A stretch of DNA of 62,842 nucleotides, filler included, from Sphacelaria rigidula (Eukaryota): the NCBI GenBank assembly GCA_964200075.2. It is 8 parts of 8 records of this genome, joined end to end, with 100 filler letters (N's around TTAATTAATTAA, not from the genome) between each part and the next. Parts side by side here need not be neighbours in the genome. Positions count along the whole stretch, not along the records: positions 55,077 to 62,842 come from CAXNAA020013518.1; 7 more parts are not named here. One strand, 5' to 3'. The position numbers and the translations under genes were made by a program. A model generated the notes under the pieces. That model did no database searches. It worked only from the letters and a program-made list of their open reading frames with translations, and was not told where the DNA came from. Below, piece after piece: positions 60,726 through 62,842 of this stretch (within the stretch, counting starts at the first letter, position 1; every line of letters starts with the position of its first letter).

Positions 60726-62842
60726 TGGAGTTGATACAATGAGTGAAGATGTTGATAAAGGGATGAAGCACTGGTGGGTAGAAATAAAAAGGGATACGGG
60801 GCAGGCAGGAAAGTGGATAGTCACACTAAGAGCACAGAACATTAAACGGTTAGTAGTTCGAGGGGGAAGAGAGAACAGAAGTACAAGCAGAGCACTACCT
60901 GAGAACCGACGCCCAGATGGGTAGGGTGACTCGTGTACAGAGTCGAGCTGGGGGACTTCGTAGGAGGTTTGCTCGGTGAGGAACACCCTCTTTACAAGCC
61001 CGAGACTACCTGGGTGCGGGGTCACTCCCACCTTGGTGCCTACCCGTACATCCGATCGGACTATCTAACGCTCGGGCAGGGTACGTGCGGCGGGTGGAGT
61101 GCACTTGAATGCACTGCACGAAACTAGAAATAGCGAAGTGCATGGTGAAAGGTTCCTTCCCGTCTCCTGGGGACGAAAAAAGAAGAAGCAGAGCAGTACC
61201 GAAAAATAAGGAACACCAAGAGCTAGCATTAGGTTCGACCCGGGATTCGAGAAAAAAGTCACCTCAAGGGTAGAGGCAAATGTAGAGGGATCAAAACGGA
61301 AATATGGTGGTTCAAAAGAATCGCCGAGAGAGTTCACAAGAGAGGAAACGAAGGAGTGTGCAGCTAAACTCAACAACAGAAGGGCAGCAGGAGCAGACAA
61401 AATAATGGATGAGTTGATGAAGTATGGGGAAGAGGGAATGATCATCATGATGGCTATGTTATACTCTGATTTGGGAAACCACACTCATGAGGTGGGGATG
61501 AGGAGTAGTAGTTTTTTCTAAGAAAGGAGACAAGGTTGACCCAGAGAACTATAGGGGGATAACGCTACTGAGTACCGTAGGGAAAACATTCTGTAAGATT
61601 CTGAACAATAGAATCGGAACGATGTTAGAGAAAGAAGAAACAACTAGCGAGAGGAAAACAGGTTTTAGACCATACCGTGACTGCGGAGACCATGCGCAAG
61701 CATTTTGTACGATTTAAGGTGGGAAACACTCCGGGCTAACAACGCACTGTTTTTTTCTAGACGTACAGAAGGTCTATATAGTGGCACAATATGGCGAAAT
61801 GGGCTGTGGAAAAAGAGTGGGGACAGGCATCAGAGGAAACATTTAGAGAATGTTGGAAAATATGACACAATGTGCGAAAAGTGCTGTGATACTAGACGGG
61901 GATATATCGAGTTCTATTTATCTTTTCCCATAGACTTGCACAAGGATGTACGTTATTACCCACTTATACCAATGCATTTATTAATGACCTGACGATAGCA
62001 ATATAAGCAGCAAAGCAAGGAGTCAAGGTGGGGGAACATGCGGTATCGGGATTGATGTTCGCGGATGACTTCGTGGGTAATCAGAAACACCAGAGAAGGC
62101 GCTAGAGTACACGAGGAAATCGAGAGTGACAGCGAACGTAAACTAATAATGAGCAGTACTTGCATGCAACGAAAACAAGAACCCGGTAGAGGTCAAGTGG
62201 AAGTAGAGAGAAGAGGAAATTCCCGATCGTAGACCCGTACACATGTCTGGGCGTAGAGGTAGAGAAACCTGTTATTAGGATGAACCCATAAAAACAGGTG
62301 ATAGGAAGGGGTAGGGCACAGACAGGCAGGATGGACGTGATTCAAAGAGACTCGCATCTAGATACTACGGTTAAGAGATGTATCCTGATGAACGTGACTG
62401 TACCAAAGCTGGACGATGCATGGGAAGTATAGGAGGGGAACGCGAACATGGTGAAGAAAGTGGAAGCAGTACAGATGATAGGAGCTGCGAAAAAATACTT
62501 GGATGCTCAGAAATGGTGTGTTAGAGAGGGAAGTGTGGAAAGTAAACGAAGATGGCATGAAATCTTTTGGTACATTACACAGTACAGTGGCGATAAAGTG
62601 ACCGCTATACTGGGAGATGAATGGTGGCCACAGACGGCGAAACAGGAAGGGGATAAGATATATAAAAGGTTTTTGTGCAATGTATGGAATAGATGTAATG
62701 AGCGCCCAACTGTTGGAGGTATCTCAATTAGGAGTAGGAAAGGTGCTCCGTCTCGAAAGCGATGCGTGGTCAATGGTCAAATGACTAAGACAGGCAACAA
62801 ATGAGAACGCAGAACGGCCCCCCGCCGCCCCCCCCCCCCCCC

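Larger units (their letters stand above)
58750..62842 (+). mobile_element. Degenerate long non-LTR retrotransposon (family A; APE endonuclease and RT, RTE/RTEX-like), interrupted by MITEs
   Basis: APE C-terminus GYFHAKVG...NANG..LKFLKNNEIKTLNNR (58845-59050). RT motifs AAGADKIMDELMKYG, KKGDKVDPENYRGITLLSTVGKTFCKIL, GFRP, FLDVQK and LMFADDFVG (61380-62080). Ends GAPSRKRCVVNGQMTKTGNK* plus a C-tract. Confidence 0.92.

Overview
Repeat-rich eukaryotic genomic DNA, most consistent with a brown alga or related stramenopile (inferred from short exons in 1-2.5 kb GT-AG introns, a flagellar gene and the TE types; species not determinable). The window is not one locus. It is eight contigs of 7769, 7769, 7769, 7768, 7768, 7767, 7766 and 7766 bp, sorted by length and joined by 100-nt N44-TTAATTAATTAA-N44 spacers, so adjacency across gaps is meaningless. 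Three partial spliced genes can be rebuilt by hand with phase-consistent junctions, all on the minus strand: an insulin-degrading enzyme (M16A peptidase, 5 exons), an outer-dynein-arm docking-complex CCDC63/CCDC114-like gene (6 exons), and a bacterial-like SAM-methyltransferase/TPR-type gene (3 exons). The rest is transposon material: APE-RT-CCHC LINEs, a tRNA-derived SINE, a chromovirus-type Gypsy, a Copia fragment, hAT-like and Sola-like MITEs and foldbacks. The most striking signal is a LINE family and a related short partner element. About 15 copies end in ATGAGTACR joined to an oligo-C run, and several TSDs begin with that C-run, suggesting C/G-tract-targeted retrotransposition. A MITE whose 8-bp TSD duplicates an IDE splice acceptor is also notable. 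All homology calls are from motif recognition, not database searches.
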